Origin: Bacteriovoracia bacterium
GTDB taxonomy: Bacteria; Bdellovibrionota; UBA1018; CAIPTA01
Assembly: GCA_050246755.1 (NCBI GenBank)
Contig: JBFWVL010000001.1
Coordinates: forward strand, 1,344,001-1,408,000
DNA length: 64,000 nucleotides
Reading direction: 5' to 3'
Part shown: positions 1 to 12,883 of the stretch, one piece after another
Position numbering within the stretch: the stretch's first letter is position 1
How the letters are laid out: each line of letters opens with the position of its first letter
Made by a program: the position numbers and the translations under genes
Notes under the pieces: model-generated
What the model saw: the letters and a program-made list of their open reading frames with translations, nothing else
The model's database searches: none
What the model was told of the DNA's origin: nothing

Positions 1-2457
1 ATGGCCCTGGAATCCGGCGCCAGAATTCAGATCTTGGCGCCGATTGTTGTTTCCCGAAAAGGTGAGCACAGCAAAGAAATCGAGGCGGCAAGAAAGTCTG
101 GTTTTTCAAAGATTCGCGTGAACAAGGCCACATTTGATATTTTTGACGAGTTACCGATCGACAAAAAGAAAAATAATAGCATTTCGATCATCATCGATCG
201 CTTTCTCGTGAAGCCGGAAAATCGTCCGCGTATTGCAAAGGCCGTGGAGCTTTCCCTGAAAATGGCGAAAGGTGCCGTGGCAATTGAAAGCGTTGTGGAG
301 GGAGAAACCAAAACTCTTACTTTCAGCACCGGAATCGCAGATCCAACCACCGGATTGAGCCTGCCCAATCCAGAGCCGCGCCTATTTTCTTTTAATTCGC
401 CGGTGGGGGCCTGTCCAAATTGCAACGGCCTCGGCTATCTCTACGAGTTTGATCCAGACTTAATCATTAATGATCCCAATCTTTCCCTCGCTGCCGGCGC
501 TCTCGCGAACTGGACTGGTAAGCCTCTTCCCGGCAAGCCGAGTTACGAAGAACAAACCCTCGAGGCACTTTCGAAGCATTATAAATTCGATCTCGCTAAG
601 CCATTTCGCGCGCTCTCGGAAAAGATTAAAAGCCTTATTTTTTATGGCACCGGAAAAGAAGAAATTAACTTTTCCTACCAGGGGAAACAGTCGAAGTATA
701 AAACGAAACGTGCTTTTGAAGGCGTGATCAAAGACTTGGAGCGAAAGCAAAAAAATAGTGGGGAAGATGAGCAGGCCCAATTCGATCAGTTTATCGCCCG
801 CACGGCGTGCGAAGATTGCCACGGCAATAGATTAAAACCAGAATCGCTCGCATTCAAAATTCGGGGGAAATCTATTGCGGATTCCGCTCGTTTGCCACTG
901 CGGGAATGCCTAGCTTTCTTCGAGAGCCTTACGCTTAAAGGAAACGATGCGGTGGTAGCGGAGGTTCTGCTGCGGGAAATCCGCTCGCGTATTGGGTTCC
1001 TGATCGACGTGGGTTTGGACTATCTCGACATTTCTCGTTCTACTAATACCCTTTCCGGCGGGGAAACGCAGCGGGTTCGGCTCGCCACCCAAATCGGCGC
1101 TTCGCTCGTGGGCGTGCTTTACGTGCTCGATGAGCCGTCGATCGGCTTACACCAGCGCGATAACGCCAAGCTCATTGAATCTTTGAAGGAGCTCCGTGAT
1201 CGCGGAAATTCCGTAATCGTGGTGGAACATGACCGCGATACGATCGAACAAGCCGACTACGTGGTGGATATGGGTCCCGGCGCCGGCAAACTTGGCGGAG
1301 AAATCGTGGCGCGGGGAACTCCCGCAGATATCATGAAAGTAAAGGCCAGCCCCACCGGGAGATACCTGCGCGGCTATGATCAAATTCCGGTTCCCACAGA
1401 GCGCCGTAAACCCGACCCTAAGCGCATGCTGGAAATCAAAGGCTGCACCGGCAATAACCTAAAAGACGTAGACGCAAAGTTTCCCCTCGGAGCGCTCATT
1501 TGCGTTTCTGGCGTTTCCGGATCAGGAAAATCTACGTTGATTTTTGATACTCTCGTTCCGGTGCTCCGCCAAAAAATAAATCATTCCGGCGCCCAGGCCT
1601 CGCCCTATCGCGAAATCACGGGAACAGAGTTGCTGGATAAAGTAGTGCACGTGGACCAGTCGCCGATCGGGCGCAGCCCTCGTTCGAATCCCGCTACGTA
1701 TTCCGGGGTATTTACGCAAATTCGCACTCTCTTCGCGCAAACGGTGGATGCCCAGGTACGGGGTTATGATATCGGCCGCTTCTCTTTTAACGTGAAGGGC
1801 GGACGCTGCGATACCTGCGAAGGTGACGGCGCCATCAAAGTGGTGATGCACTTCCTTCCCGACGTTTATGTTCCCTGCCACGTATGCGGCGGCAAGCGCT
1901 ACAACCGGGAAACTCTCGCGGTAAAATATAAGGGCAAGAATATTGCCGACGTACTTGCGATGACGATTGAGGAGGCCGTCATCTTTTTCGAAAATGTACC
2001 CACGATCGAAAAATTCCTTCGGATCCTTCACGATGTGGGCTTGGGTTACGTGACGCTGGGCCAGTCAGCGACCACGCTCTCCGGCGGAGAAGCGCAGCGG
2101 ATGAAATTATCGCGCGAGCTCAGCAAGCGCCCTACGGGTCGTACGCTCTATATTCTCGATGAGCCTTCCACCGGCCTGCACTTCCAAGATATCCAGCAGC
2201 TGCTGCTGGTGATTCACCGGATCGTAGATCAAGGAAATACTGTGCTCGTGATCGAGCATAACCTCGATATTTTGAAACACGCGGATTATCTGATTGATCT
2301 TGGTCCCGAGGGCGGAGCAGGGGGCGGAAAAATTATTGCGGCGGGCACTCCCGAAGAAGTGGTGAAGGCCGGCAAGGGACATACCGCGCATTTTCTTGCG
2401 CCGTACTTGAATCTCAAGCCGGGTGTAAAAGAAAAAGAACTCCGGCCTCAAATCTAA
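1..2457 (+). CDS. uvrA: Excinuclease ABC subunit A (5'-truncated by window edge)
   Basis: FSFNSPVGACPNCNGLG zinc finger, LSGGETQRVRLATQIG, GVSGSGKST Walker A, LSGGEAQRMKL; the first Walker A lies before the window. Confidence 0.97.
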   Translation: MALESGARIQILAPIVVSRKGEHSKEIEAARKSGFSKIRVNKATFDIFDELPIDKKKNNSISIIIDRFLVKPENRPRIAKAVELSLKMAKGAVAIESVVEGETKTLTFSTGIADPTTGLSLPNPEPRLFSFNSPVGACPNCNGLGYLYEFDPDLIINDPNLSLAAGALANWTGKPLPGKPSYEEQTLEALSKHYKFDLAKPFRALSEKIKSLIFYGTGKEEINFSYQGKQSKYKTKRAFEGVIKDLERKQKNSGEDEQAQFDQFIARTACEDCHGNRLKPESLAFKIRGKSIADSARLPLRECLAFFESLTLKGNDAVVAEVLLREIRSRIGFLIDVGLDYLDISRSTNTLSGGETQRVRLATQIGASLVGVLYVLDEPSIGLHQRDNAKLIESLKELRDRGNSVIVVEHDRDTIEQADYVVDMGPGAGKLGGEIVARGTPADIMKVKASPTGRYLRGYDQIPVPTERRKPDPKRMLEIKGCTGNNLKDVDAKFPLGALICVSGVSGSGKSTLIFDTLVPVLRQKINHSGAQASPYREITGTELLDKVVHVDQSPIGRSPRSNPATYSGVFTQIRTLFAQTVDAQVRGYDIGRFSFNVKGGRCDTCEGDGAIKVVMHFLPDVYVPCHVCGGKRYNRETLAVKYKGKNIADVLAMTIEEAVIFFENVPTIEKFLRILHDVGLGYVTLGQSATTLSGGEAQRMKLSRELSKRPTGRTLYILDEPSTGLHFQDIQQLLLVIHRIVDQGNTVLVIEHNLDILKHADYLIDLGPEGGAGGGKIIAAGTPEEVVKAGKGHTAHFLAPYLNLKPGVKEKELRPQI

Positions 2458-2461
2458 AAGC

Positions 2462-2490
2462 AAAAAGCCCCGGAACCTAAGTTCCGAGGC
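2462..2490 (-). terminator. Intrinsic terminator after atpE, between convergent uvrA and atpE
   Basis: Minus strand GCCTCGGAAC-TTAG-GTTCCGGGGC hairpin (one G-U pair) followed by TTTTT. Confidence 0.8.
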
Positions 2491-2515
2491 CTCTGCTTAT
2501 TCAATCTCAAAAAGA

Positions 2516-2824
2516 TTAAACAGTGATACCCGACGCGAAGAGGGTGAAGATGAGAAGGGTCTCAACGAACACCACACCGAGGAGCATAGGGGTGAAGATT
2601 TGTTCGCGGGCGCCAGGATTGCGGGCGATACCTTCAAGAGCAGCCGAAACGATTTTGCCTTGGCCAAGAGCGCAACCAAGAGCGGCAACGCCCACGGCGA
2701 AGCCTTTAGCAATTGCGTAGTAAGGACGGCCTTCGGCGGCAGCGTGGGCAGTTTCTTCAGCAAAAGCAAGCGCCGGGGCCAAGAATGCAACGGCTCCGCC
2801 TGCAAGATAAGTCAATTTTTTCAT
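2516..2824 (-). CDS. atpE: ATP synthase Fo subunit c with signal-peptide-like N-terminal extension
   Basis: GQG..ALEGIARNPG loop and conserved Glu in VFVETL; downstream of atpB. Confidence 0.95.
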   Translation of the reverse strand: MKKLTYLAGGAVAFLAPALAFAEETAHAAAEGRPYYAIAKGFAVGVAALGCALGQGKIVSAALEGIARNPGAREQIFTPMLLGVVFVETLLIFTLFASGITV

Positions 2825-2855
2825 TTGGGGTCTCTCCTTGTTTAGTAACAGATGT

Positions 2856-3557
2856 TTAGTGGTGATCGCTTTCCTTGGCCAACGAAATATAGACCATGGT
2901 TAGCATTACGAAAATAAAGGACTGAATAAAGCAAACCAGTAGGCCGAGGAAATAGAAAGGAACGGGCACCACATAGGGCACTAAGTTAGTGAAAACAGAA
3001 AGAACGGTATGGTCGCCCACCATGTTTCCTTTAAGACGAAGCGCTAGCGTGAATGGGCGTACCACGTGACTGATGATCTCGATGGGCAAAAGCAACCAGG
3101 CCATATACCAAACTGGACCGAAAAAATGCAGAAGGTACTTCCAACCCGTGGCCTTGAAGCCTTGGTAATTATAGTAGAGAAACACGAAGGCACCACAGGC
3201 CAAGTTCGTATTGATATTGTCAGTGGGTGGGGCAAAACCCGGTAGTAACCCGAAAAGATTGCTGATGAAGATAAAAAGAAAGAGTCCGCCGACTACGGGA
3301 AAATAAATCGGCGCATCGTGGCCTAGAATACTCTTCGTTACGCCGTAAAGATTCTCGGCGGCGATATCGGCAAGATTTAAAAAACTCAATTTTTGCGGAG
3401 GTACGAGGTAATTTTTTTGCCCGGCAAGAGCGAGACGTGCAGCCAAAGCGAATGCCATCAAAAAAATACCCACCACGATGGTGGCGGCGATATGAACCTC
3501 TAATTGATTCAGTACGGGGATGTAGTGAAACCAACTAAAATGCGCTTCGTGTTCCAT
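2856..3557 (-). CDS. atpB: ATP synthase Fo subunit a
   Basis: NLFGLLPG, RPFTLALRLKGNM with the essential Arg, IQSFIFVMLTMVYI. Confidence 0.96.
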   Translation of the reverse strand: MEHEAHFSWFHYIPVLNQLEVHIAATIVVGIFLMAFALAARLALAGQKNYLVPPQKLSFLNLADIAAENLYGVTKSILGHDAPIYFPVVGGLFLFIFISNLFGLLPGFAPPTDNINTNLACGAFVFLYYNYQGFKATGWKYLLHFFGPVWYMAWLLLPIEIISHVVRPFTLALRLKGNMVGDHTVLSVFTNLVPYVVPVPFYFLGLLVCFIQSFIFVMLTMVYISLAKESDHH

Positions 3558-3571
3558 TCTTCCGCTATCCC

Positions 3572-3802
3572 TTAAGACTTATCCGATTCGCTCTTCATCC
3601 ACTCTTTTGAAAGCCGCAGTATGCGCCATCCGCTATAGGTTAGTCCGATAAAAACAAAGACTAACGTAAACACAGGAGCAGAATGCCAGCGCTTATCAAT
3701 GGTGCTACCCAACCAATAACCGCCGCCGATAAAGGCCAGCAACTCACCCGAGACCAGGCTAAAAATCCCAGTCTTTTTCAATAATACAGGATCGAGAAGC
3801 AA
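3572..3802 (-). CDS. AtpZ/AtpI-family small membrane protein
   Basis: GYWLGSTIDKRW two-TM pattern directly upstream of atpB. Confidence 0.8.
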   Translation of the reverse strand: MLLDPVLLKKTGIFSLVSGELLAFIGGGYWLGSTIDKRWHSAPVFTLVFVFIGLTYSGWRILRLSKEWMKSESDKS

Positions 3803-3858
3803 GCTATTACCCGTGAACTTTCAGTACCATGTGCTCGGAAATTGCGTCAAGAATATCG

Positions 3859-4254
3859 TTAGTCTTGCACGTCGGAGATCCGTGGCATTCCATAGTGCAC
3901 AATGCCGGTGATCAAAACAGAAAATAGGAAGGCACCAATGCCTAGCGCAATCGCACCTTCGTTGCCCGAAGGCAGGAAACGGGATCCGGCGATTAAGGCC
4001 CCCCACCATAGAAATTTACCCATCAGCAGCAGAAGAATGGCCGTAGCATTGGCCTTTCTAACACCGGTTAGCACGGCAATGAGAAGTTCGGTGACCCATA
4101 GGCCTAACGCTAAGCACAATGACGAACCGACGGTAAGCAAAGCTCCATTTACTCCCCACAGCCAAAGCGCCAGGCCACCGGCGGCGGTGGCGGATACCGC
4201 CAAAGCGAGGAGGAGCATTTTTCTAACTTTACGCCATTTTTCAATTTGACTCAT
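3859..4254 (-). CDS. atpI: ATP synthase I-like four-TM membrane protein
   Basis: Four hydrophobic segments and position at the head of the Fo gene block. Confidence 0.6.
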   Translation of the reverse strand: MSQIEKWRKVRKMLLLALAVSATAAGGLALWLWGVNGALLTVGSSLCLALGLWVTELLIAVLTGVRKANATAILLLLMGKFLWWGALIAGSRFLPSGNEGAIALGIGAFLFSVLITGIVHYGMPRISDVQD

Positions 4255-4262
4255 GAAAGGCC

Positions 4263-5063
4263 TCAGCGACTCCGCAAAATCTTTCTGCGTTTTATTTTCT
4301 GTAGCTTTAATTCAACTACCGACGGAGCAGGGTAGTCTCCTTTGATTTTGGAAAAGAGCTCATACGCCTCGTCAAGATCGTCCTGTTCTTCATAGCAAAC
4401 CGCCTTCGCGAACGAAGCAAGCACCCGCTCTTCTTTTGGGGCATTGGCGATCACCCGATCGTACTGTTTGATCGCCTCGCCGCACTTATTCTGAGAACTC
4501 AGAGAATTTCCCAGTTCGAGCTCGGCACGCCAGAAAAATCTCCCCTGCGGAAATTTAGCTTTTTGAAAATTGAAGATCTTGCTCGCGTCGGTGAACTGGG
4601 ACTTGAGAAAGAAAGCCCGGCCCAGGCGGAACAAAAGCTCTTCCAATTCGGTTTCGTTTTTATTTTCTTTGAGCAGCTTCGAGTAGGATCCGATCGCTTC
4701 GTCGTAGTTTTCGAAGCTTTGAAACTGAATGTCGGCGAGAATGCGCTCGATCTCGTGTTTTTTTCCTTCGTCTTTCGTACGCTTTAAGTACTGGCGATAA
4801 GCGTCCACGGCCTCCTGCGAACGCCCTAAATAAAGATGTTGAATTTGGGCAATCTTAAGTTGGGCATCTAGCCCAAGTGAGGAATTAGGCGATTTATCCA
4901 CGATATTTTGGAACTCGCTAATCGCCGCGTCGTATTTTTTATCTTCGAGTAACTGCTCCGCGAGCTGAAATTTTGTCTCCGGGCTGTTTGCGTTGCAAGC
5001 GGCCAGAAACAACAGAAGCAGGAATAAGCTCCTACTCCTCTTTTGTTTCAATGGGAGCCTCAA
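4263..5063 (-). CDS. Tetratricopeptide-repeat lipoprotein (BamD/CpoB-like)
   Basis: Lipobox LAAC, repeated TPR helices ([27 protein letters not shown]); start overlaps gyrA stop. Confidence 0.8.
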   Translation of the reverse strand: MRLPLKQKRSRSLFLLLLFLAACNANSPETKFQLAEQLLEDKKYDAAISEFQNIVDKSPNSSLGLDAQLKIAQIQHLYLGRSQEAVDAYRQYLKRTKDEGKKHEIERILADIQFQSFENYDEAIGSYSKLLKENKNETELEELLFRLGRAFFLKSQFTDASKIFNFQKAKFPQGRFFWRAELELGNSLSSQNKCGEAIKQYDRVIANAPKEERVLASFAKAVCYEEQDDLDEAYELFSKIKGDYPAPSVVELKLQKIKRRKILRSR

Positions 5064-7524
5064 TGGTGACGCTGTCTTCGTCGTCGCTCTCGGCTAGGCT
5101 TTGCACCGCCACTACCTTTTCGCCTTCTTTTACGCGAACTAAGCGCACGCCGGTGGTGTTCCGGCCCATGGTACTGATTTCGTTGACCCGAATTCTCACC
5201 ACTTGACCCTTATCCGTAATCACCATCAGGTGATCCGTTTCGGCCACAGCCTTGGTGCCAATTACGTCACCACCTTTTTTATCATTCGTTTTCATCGTAA
5301 TGATGCCTTTGCCGCCGCGAGATTGAACTCGGTACTCGCTGGCTTCGGTGCGCTTGCCATAGCCGGCGCTCGTAACGGAGAGCAAGGTAAGGTTCTGCTT
5401 ATTATCCAGTACCGACATGCCGACCACCTCGTCTTCGGTGTCGAGCTCCATCCCACGCACGCCCGCGGCGGTGCGGCCCATAGTACGGACGTCGTCTTCC
5501 GGGAAGCGGATGCTCATACCACCCTTAGAACAGAGAAGAATATCATTGCCGCCGCCGCTATAGGCTGCGTTCACCAGGATATCTCCAGGATTTACGCTGA
5601 GGGCGATGATCCCGCTCGATTTGATATGGCTAAAAGCGGAGAGTTCCGTCTTCTTGATTACGCCCTGCTTGGTGGCCATCACGATGGTTCCGGGAACATC
5701 AAAGCTCTTCACCGGCAATACAGAACAGACTCTTTCCACGGAATTTAGGCTTAATAAACTCGCCACGGTTTTCCCGCGGGAGGTGCGGGTGCCTTCCGGA
5801 ATTTGGTGCACTTTCAGGGCGTATACTTTGCCCAGATTCGTGAACACGAGCATGAACATCTTCGTATCGGCTGAATAAATATTCGCCACGAAGTCTTCCT
5901 CGTTCGTGGTCATACCTTTCACGCCGGAGCCACCACGGTTCTGCGCACGGTAGGTTTCCGGCGGAACTCGCTTGATATAACCTTGGTTGGTTAGCGTAAC
6001 GATGGTTTCAGCATCGGCGATGAGATCGTCTTCGTTGATCTCGCCTTCTTCTGCAATAATCTGGGTACGGCGCTCGTCGCCGTACTTTTCCTTAATCTCG
6101 TTCGACTCTTCGATTATTTTCTCGAGCTGTAGCTTATCGCTTGCGAGAAGGTCTTTCAGATACTTGATGAATGCACGGAGCTCTTTCAACTCGGCATCCA
6201 GCTTATCCCGCTCAAGGCCGGTAAGACGCTGGAGGCGCATATCGAGAATTGCCTGTGCTTGCACTTCCGAGAACTGAAATTTCGCGATAAGGCCGTTGCG
6301 GGCGTCGTCGGGATTCTTCGATTTCTTGATGAGAGCCACGATCTCGTCGATATTGTCGATCGCCTTGAGCAAGCCTTCTAAAATATGGGCGCGGGCTTCG
6401 GCCTTTTTTAGGTCGAACTGTGAGCGGCGCACGATGATATTACGACGGTGATCCACGAAAGCATCTAGGTACTGCTTAATATTGAGAAGTTTTGGCTGGC
6501 CGTTATGTAGGGCCAAAGTGATCACGCCGAATGTTTCGGTGAGTTGCGTAAGCTTATAAAGGCGGTTTTTAAGAACTTCTACGTTCTCGCCTTTACGACA
6601 TTCAATCACTACGCGCATGCCGGTGCGGTCGGATTCGTCGCGGATATCGCTGATACCTTCGATTTTTTTCTCGCGTACGAGCATCGCTACTTTTTCTACC
6701 AAGCGCGCTTTATTCACTTGGTAGGGAAGCTCGCTGATCACGATCAGCTCTTTATCGCGCTTGCCTTCTTCTACATCTACTTTACCGCGCATCTTAATGA
6801 TGCCGCGGCCGGTTTTAAACGCGCTTTTAATACCTTCGCGCCCAAGGATGAATCCCGCAGTAGGAAAGTCAGGGCCTTTGATGATTTTCATTAAATCATC
6901 GATCGTGAAATCCCTTTTTTCGAGACGGGCTTTAATCACTTCCACTAAACCTTCCACCACTTCGGTGAGGTTATGGGGAGGAATATTCGTGGCCATGCCT
7001 ACGGCGATACCCGAAGAACCATTAATTAAAAGGTTCGGTAGCCGCGAAGGAAGTACCGTGGGTTCTCTCGTGGAACCGTCGTAGTTGGGAACAAAATCAA
7101 CGGTATCCTTCTCGATATCGGCGAGAATTTCCGTGGTAATTTTCGCCATGCGAACTTCGGTATAACGCATGGCTGCGGGAGAATCCCCATCGATAGAGCC
7201 GAAGTTACCTTGGCCATCCACTAACGGATAACGCATGGTGAAATCTTGCGCCAAGCGCACGATGGTATCGTAGATCGCGGTATCGCCATGGGGATGGTAC
7301 TTACCCATCACATCCCCCACCACGCGGGCGGATTTTTTGTAAGGGCGATTCCAGTAGTTGCTCATTTCCTGCATCGTGTACAAGGCGCGGCGGTGCACGG
7401 GCTTAAGGCCGTCGCGCACATCGGGAAGCGCACGGCCAACGATTACGCTCATGGCGTAGTCGAGGTAGGAAGTTTGCATTTCATCTTCGATTTTTATGTC
7501 GACGATATTTTCTTTAAAATCCAT
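5032..7524 (-). CDS. gyrA: DNA gyrase subunit A
   Basis: YHPHGD, AAMRYTE catalytic Tyr, GyrA-box-like QNRGGSG, C-terminal pinwheel repeats. Confidence 0.98.
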   Translation of the reverse strand: MDFKENIVDIKIEDEMQTSYLDYAMSVIVGRALPDVRDGLKPVHRRALYTMQEMSNYWNRPYKKSARVVGDVMGKYHPHGDTAIYDTIVRLAQDFTMRYPLVDGQGNFGSIDGDSPAAMRYTEVRMAKITTEILADIEKDTVDFVPNYDGSTREPTVLPSRLPNLLINGSSGIAVGMATNIPPHNLTEVVEGLVEVIKARLEKRDFTIDDLMKIIKGPDFPTAGFILGREGIKSAFKTGRGIIKMRGKVDVEEGKRDKELIVISELPYQVNKARLVEKVAMLVREKKIEGISDIRDESDRTGMRVVIECRKGENVEVLKNRLYKLTQLTETFGVITLALHNGQPKLLNIKQYLDAFVDHRRNIIVRRSQFDLKKAEARAHILEGLLKAIDNIDEIVALIKKSKNPDDARNGLIAKFQFSEVQAQAILDMRLQRLTGLERDKLDAELKELRAFIKYLKDLLASDKLQLEKIIEESNEIKEKYGDERRTQIIAEEGEINEDDLIADAETIVTLTNQGYIKRVPPETYRAQNRGGSGVKGMTTNEEDFVANIYSADTKMFMLVFTNLGKVYALKVHQIPEGTRTSRGKTVASLLSLNSVERVCSVLPVKSFDVPGTIVMATKQGVIKKTELSAFSHIKSSGIIALSVNPGDILVNAAYSGGGNDILLCSKGGMSIRFPEDDVRTMGRTAAGVRGMELDTEDEVVGMSVLDNKQNLTLLSVTSAGYGKRTEASEYRVQSRGGKGIITMKTNDKKGGDVIGTKAVAETDHLMVITDKGQVVRIRVNEISTMGRNTTGVRLVRVKEGEKVVAVQSLAESDDEDSVTIEAPIETKEE

Positions 7525-7548
7525 AACCAGTCAGGTCCTTTTCCAAAA

Positions 7549-10056
<2,508 letters not shown>

Positions 10057-11190
10057 TTATTCCCGTACTCCTAAAGAATCCAAATCGATATGCTCGAACC
10101 GCTTGGCTAGATCTTCCATCAAGGTGGAAGGAAGTTCAGTGGCCGTAATGAACACCTGGGTGTTCTCTTTTCTTAAAAGCTCCACAAGGGATTGCCTTCG
10201 CGTGCGGTCGAGTTCGGATGAAACGTCATCGAACAATAGCACAGGCATCTTTTGCAGCTTGGCGCGGAACAGGTCTAACTCCCCTAAACGGAGGGCTAAA
10301 GCGCAGGTTCTCTTCTCCCCTTGTGAGCCATAAAATTTCACTTTATTTCCGTTTAAGGTCAATACAATTTCGTCTTTATGTGGGCCTATTTGCGTGCTGC
10401 CAACCGCTAAATCTCGACGCATAGAGTCTTTCAGCATCCCCTCGAATTGGTTATGGATTTCATCCTCGGTTTGCCCGAGCGAGAAGCCTTCCTCGCCAAA
10501 GGGTTCGTAAGTCAGACTAAAGACATCACTAGTGTGAGAAATGCGTCGGTATTCATCGCCAATTTTTGGCAAAAGTTCGGAAAGATAAAAATGACGACGA
10601 GCAATAAGGCGCGTTCCAAAAAGCAGCAGCTGCTCATTCCAAGGATCCAGGAGATCTACTACCTGCGACATACTCCATGATCCAGCAAAGGCGTCTTTTA
10701 GAACGCGGTTTCTCTGTAGCAAGGTTTTGCCGTACTGATTGAGCTCTTGGGCATATTCCCAGTCTACGTTGGCCGCAGCGCGATTTAAGAAGGCTTTTCT
10801 ATCCTGGGAATCGCCTTCGATAATTCGGTGATCGGCTGGCGAAAATACGATGGTAGGAAGAAGGTCGAGAAGTACTCCGGTGGACTTTGCCATCTTCTCA
10901 TTCACGAAAATACGCTTGCCCTGAGGAAAAATTTTAACTTTGATGTCGGTGGCTAAGCCTCCGACTTCTACGTGCCCAGAAACAAGAGCAAGTTCTTCTC
11001 CGCGACGAATAAAATCCAGATTCTTTCCGTTACGAAACGACCGTCCACTTCCCATAAGGGAAATAGCTTCTAAGATTGTGGTTTTTCCAATTCCATTTCT
11101 GCCGGTAAAAACAGTGATTCCTGCTTGGAGAGTGAGCTCCAATTCCCGGTAGTTCCGGAAAGAATGCAGTTTCAGGGACCTTAAGGACAT
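10057..11190 (-). CDS. recF: DNA replication/repair protein RecF
   Basis: FRNY, GRNGIGKT Walker A, GSQGEKR, LLFDDVSSELD; between dnaN and gyrB. Confidence 0.96.
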   Translation of the reverse strand: MSLRSLKLHSFRNYRELELTLQAGITVFTGRNGIGKTTILEAISLMGSGRSFRNGKNLDFIRRGEELALVSGHVEVGGLATDIKVKIFPQGKRIFVNEKMAKSTGVLLDLLPTIVFSPADHRIIEGDSQDRKAFLNRAAANVDWEYAQELNQYGKTLLQRNRVLKDAFAGSWSMSQVVDLLDPWNEQLLLFGTRLIARRHFYLSELLPKIGDEYRRISHTSDVFSLTYEPFGEEGFSLGQTEDEIHNQFEGMLKDSMRRDLAVGSTQIGPHKDEIVLTLNGNKVKFYGSQGEKRTCALALRLGELDLFRAKLQKMPVLLFDDVSSELDRTRRQSLVELLRKENTQVFITATELPSTLMEDLAKRFEHIDLDSLGVRE

Positions 11191-12302
11191 TAAAGGCGCA
11201 TCGGCATCAGTACGCTGAGATATTGGCTCGAACCCGGAACTTTAATCACTCCAGGGCTCATTCTATCATTCAGTTCAAATTGCACCGCGGCACCCTGAAC
11301 AACGGAGAGCGTGTCCTGAAGGTATTTAGCATTAAAACCAATTTCCAACTGATCGCCACTATAGGGCGTCTCGATCACTTCCGTGGCTTCGCCGATGTCG
11401 GGATTACTGGAAGAAATTTCTAGTTTTCCAGCCGAAAGGAAAAGTTTCACGCCGCGCGATTTCTCGTTGGCAAGCAAAGAAACCCGGCTAAGCGAATCGA
11501 AGAACGAATTGCGATCTAGATCCACCACACGAGTATTATTTTTAGGGATAACTTGTTTGTAATCCGGAAATTGACCTTCGATCAGGCGTACCGAAAGAAA
11601 AGTAGTCTGGGTTTTTACTAACGCGTGATTGCCTTCAATATGAAAGTCTACGGTAGGGCCTGCGCCTTCGATTACTTTACGGATCTCTTGTACGCCTTTT
11701 CTAGGGATAATAATCCCTTTAGGCAGTAGCATTCCACCGCCTTCGAATGGCTGGTCTTCGTAATAAGCCAAACGATGCCCATCGGTACCGATCATCACGT
11801 ACTTTTTACCGTCGGTGCTTTCGAGAAAAACTCCGTTCATGTGATAACGGGTTTCGTCGGCGGATACCGCGTAAAGAGTATGATCGATCATCTTCTGAAG
11901 GGCTTCCACTCTCGCTTTAGAAACTTGTTTGCCTGAATAACTTGGTAAAGACGGGAAATCCTCAGGGGATAGTCCCATGATATTAAAATTCGATTTACCG
12001 CAGGTAATGGTTACCCAGTGATTCTCTTTGGAATGAACATGAATTTCCTTTTCAGGAAGTTCTCGTACGATTTCTAAAAAGCTTTTAGCCGATACCGTGG
12101 ATCGTCCGGTTTCTTTCACTTCAACGGCTATAGAAGTTTCTATGCTGACTTCAAGGTCAGTAGCTTTAATGGTGAGCTGACCATCTTGGGCACTCAAAAA
12201 AACATTACTTAAGATCTGAAGAGTATTCCGTTTTTCAACAACGCTATTCACCTTATTCAGGCTATCTAGCAGTTCCTTTTTATTCTTAATGATGATCTTC
12301 AT
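11190..12302 (-). CDS. dnaN: DNA polymerase III beta sliding clamp
   Basis: ATDLE, GTDGHRL, GQFPDY, C-terminal VLMPMRL. Confidence 0.98.
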   Translation of the reverse strand: MKIIIKNKKELLDSLNKVNSVVEKRNTLQILSNVFLSAQDGQLTIKATDLEVSIETSIAVEVKETGRSTVSAKSFLEIVRELPEKEIHVHSKENHWVTITCGKSNFNIMGLSPEDFPSLPSYSGKQVSKARVEALQKMIDHTLYAVSADETRYHMNGVFLESTDGKKYVMIGTDGHRLAYYEDQPFEGGGMLLPKGIIIPRKGVQEIRKVIEGAGPTVDFHIEGNHALVKTQTTFLSVRLIEGQFPDYKQVIPKNNTRVVDLDRNSFFDSLSRVSLLANEKSRGVKLFLSAGKLEISSSNPDIGEATEVIETPYSGDQLEIGFNAKYLQDTLSVVQGAAVQFELNDRMSPGVIKVPGSSQYLSVLMPMRL

Positions 12303-12883
12303 TTGTCCCCTCAGAGATCTAATCTTTATGAATATTTACCTTAGCAGTAGTAGTAGTAGTGTGGATTTGTGCAAAAGTCTCGAGATAGTTGATATTCATG
12401 CATCTTCAGCCTTTTCCTAATTTTTTTTGGGTGGGATAAGTTGGTTAAAACCTGGGATAAACCAATGCAGAGTGCATTTTACTAGGCTCCTCATTTTACC
12501 CTATCCACAAATCCGGATAACTTTCGTGAATACCTAATTAAAAAATTCAGACTTAAACTCTTTAGTCCCTGAAATATGACTATTCAATGCCGAACTACTA
12601 TTTATTCACAGGTGTGGATAAGTCTAAATACTGTCTAAATCATTCTTCTGTGGATATCTTGGATAACGTAAAGCTTCTTTGCTTATTCAACTACTTAGCC
12701 AAGTATGTAAGCCACTAGAGAATTCAAATTTTGCCTATTTTTTTAGCGCTAGAAAGCAGTTTATCCCAGAGTTTTGCACATTTTATCAACATAAAGGTCG
12801 CAGCGGCACATTTACCAATTTTACCAAGCAAAGCCGGGATGAAAATAACGCTCCGAATAAATTAGTAGAAGGAAAAAGGCCCT
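12303..12883. other. Chromosomal replication origin oriC
   Basis: AT-rich dnaN-dnaA intergenic region. DnaA boxes: TGTGGATAA 12613-12621 (perfect), TTATTCACA 12602-12610, CTATCCACA 12501-12509, TGTGGATAT 12649-12657, TTATCAACA 12783-12791, TTTTGCACA 12772-12780. TAG trio tract at 12342-12359. Gene strand switches nearby. Confidence 0.92.
12342..12376. promoter_or_regulatory. DnaA-trio tract plus tandem DnaA boxes (basal unwinding system)
   Basis: TAG CAG TAG TAG TAG TAG directly followed by overlapping TGTGGATTT and TGTGCAAAA. Confidence 0.85.

Noticed and set aside
7265-7295. GyrA HGDTAIYD (Thr at the E. coli Ser83-equivalent position) as a quinolone-resistance allele
   Set aside because: Thr at this position is wild type in many bacteria
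12342-12359. (TAG)n as a microsatellite or CRISPR-like repeat
   Set aside because: Better explained as DnaA-trios; I saw no repeat-spacer array or cas gene in the window
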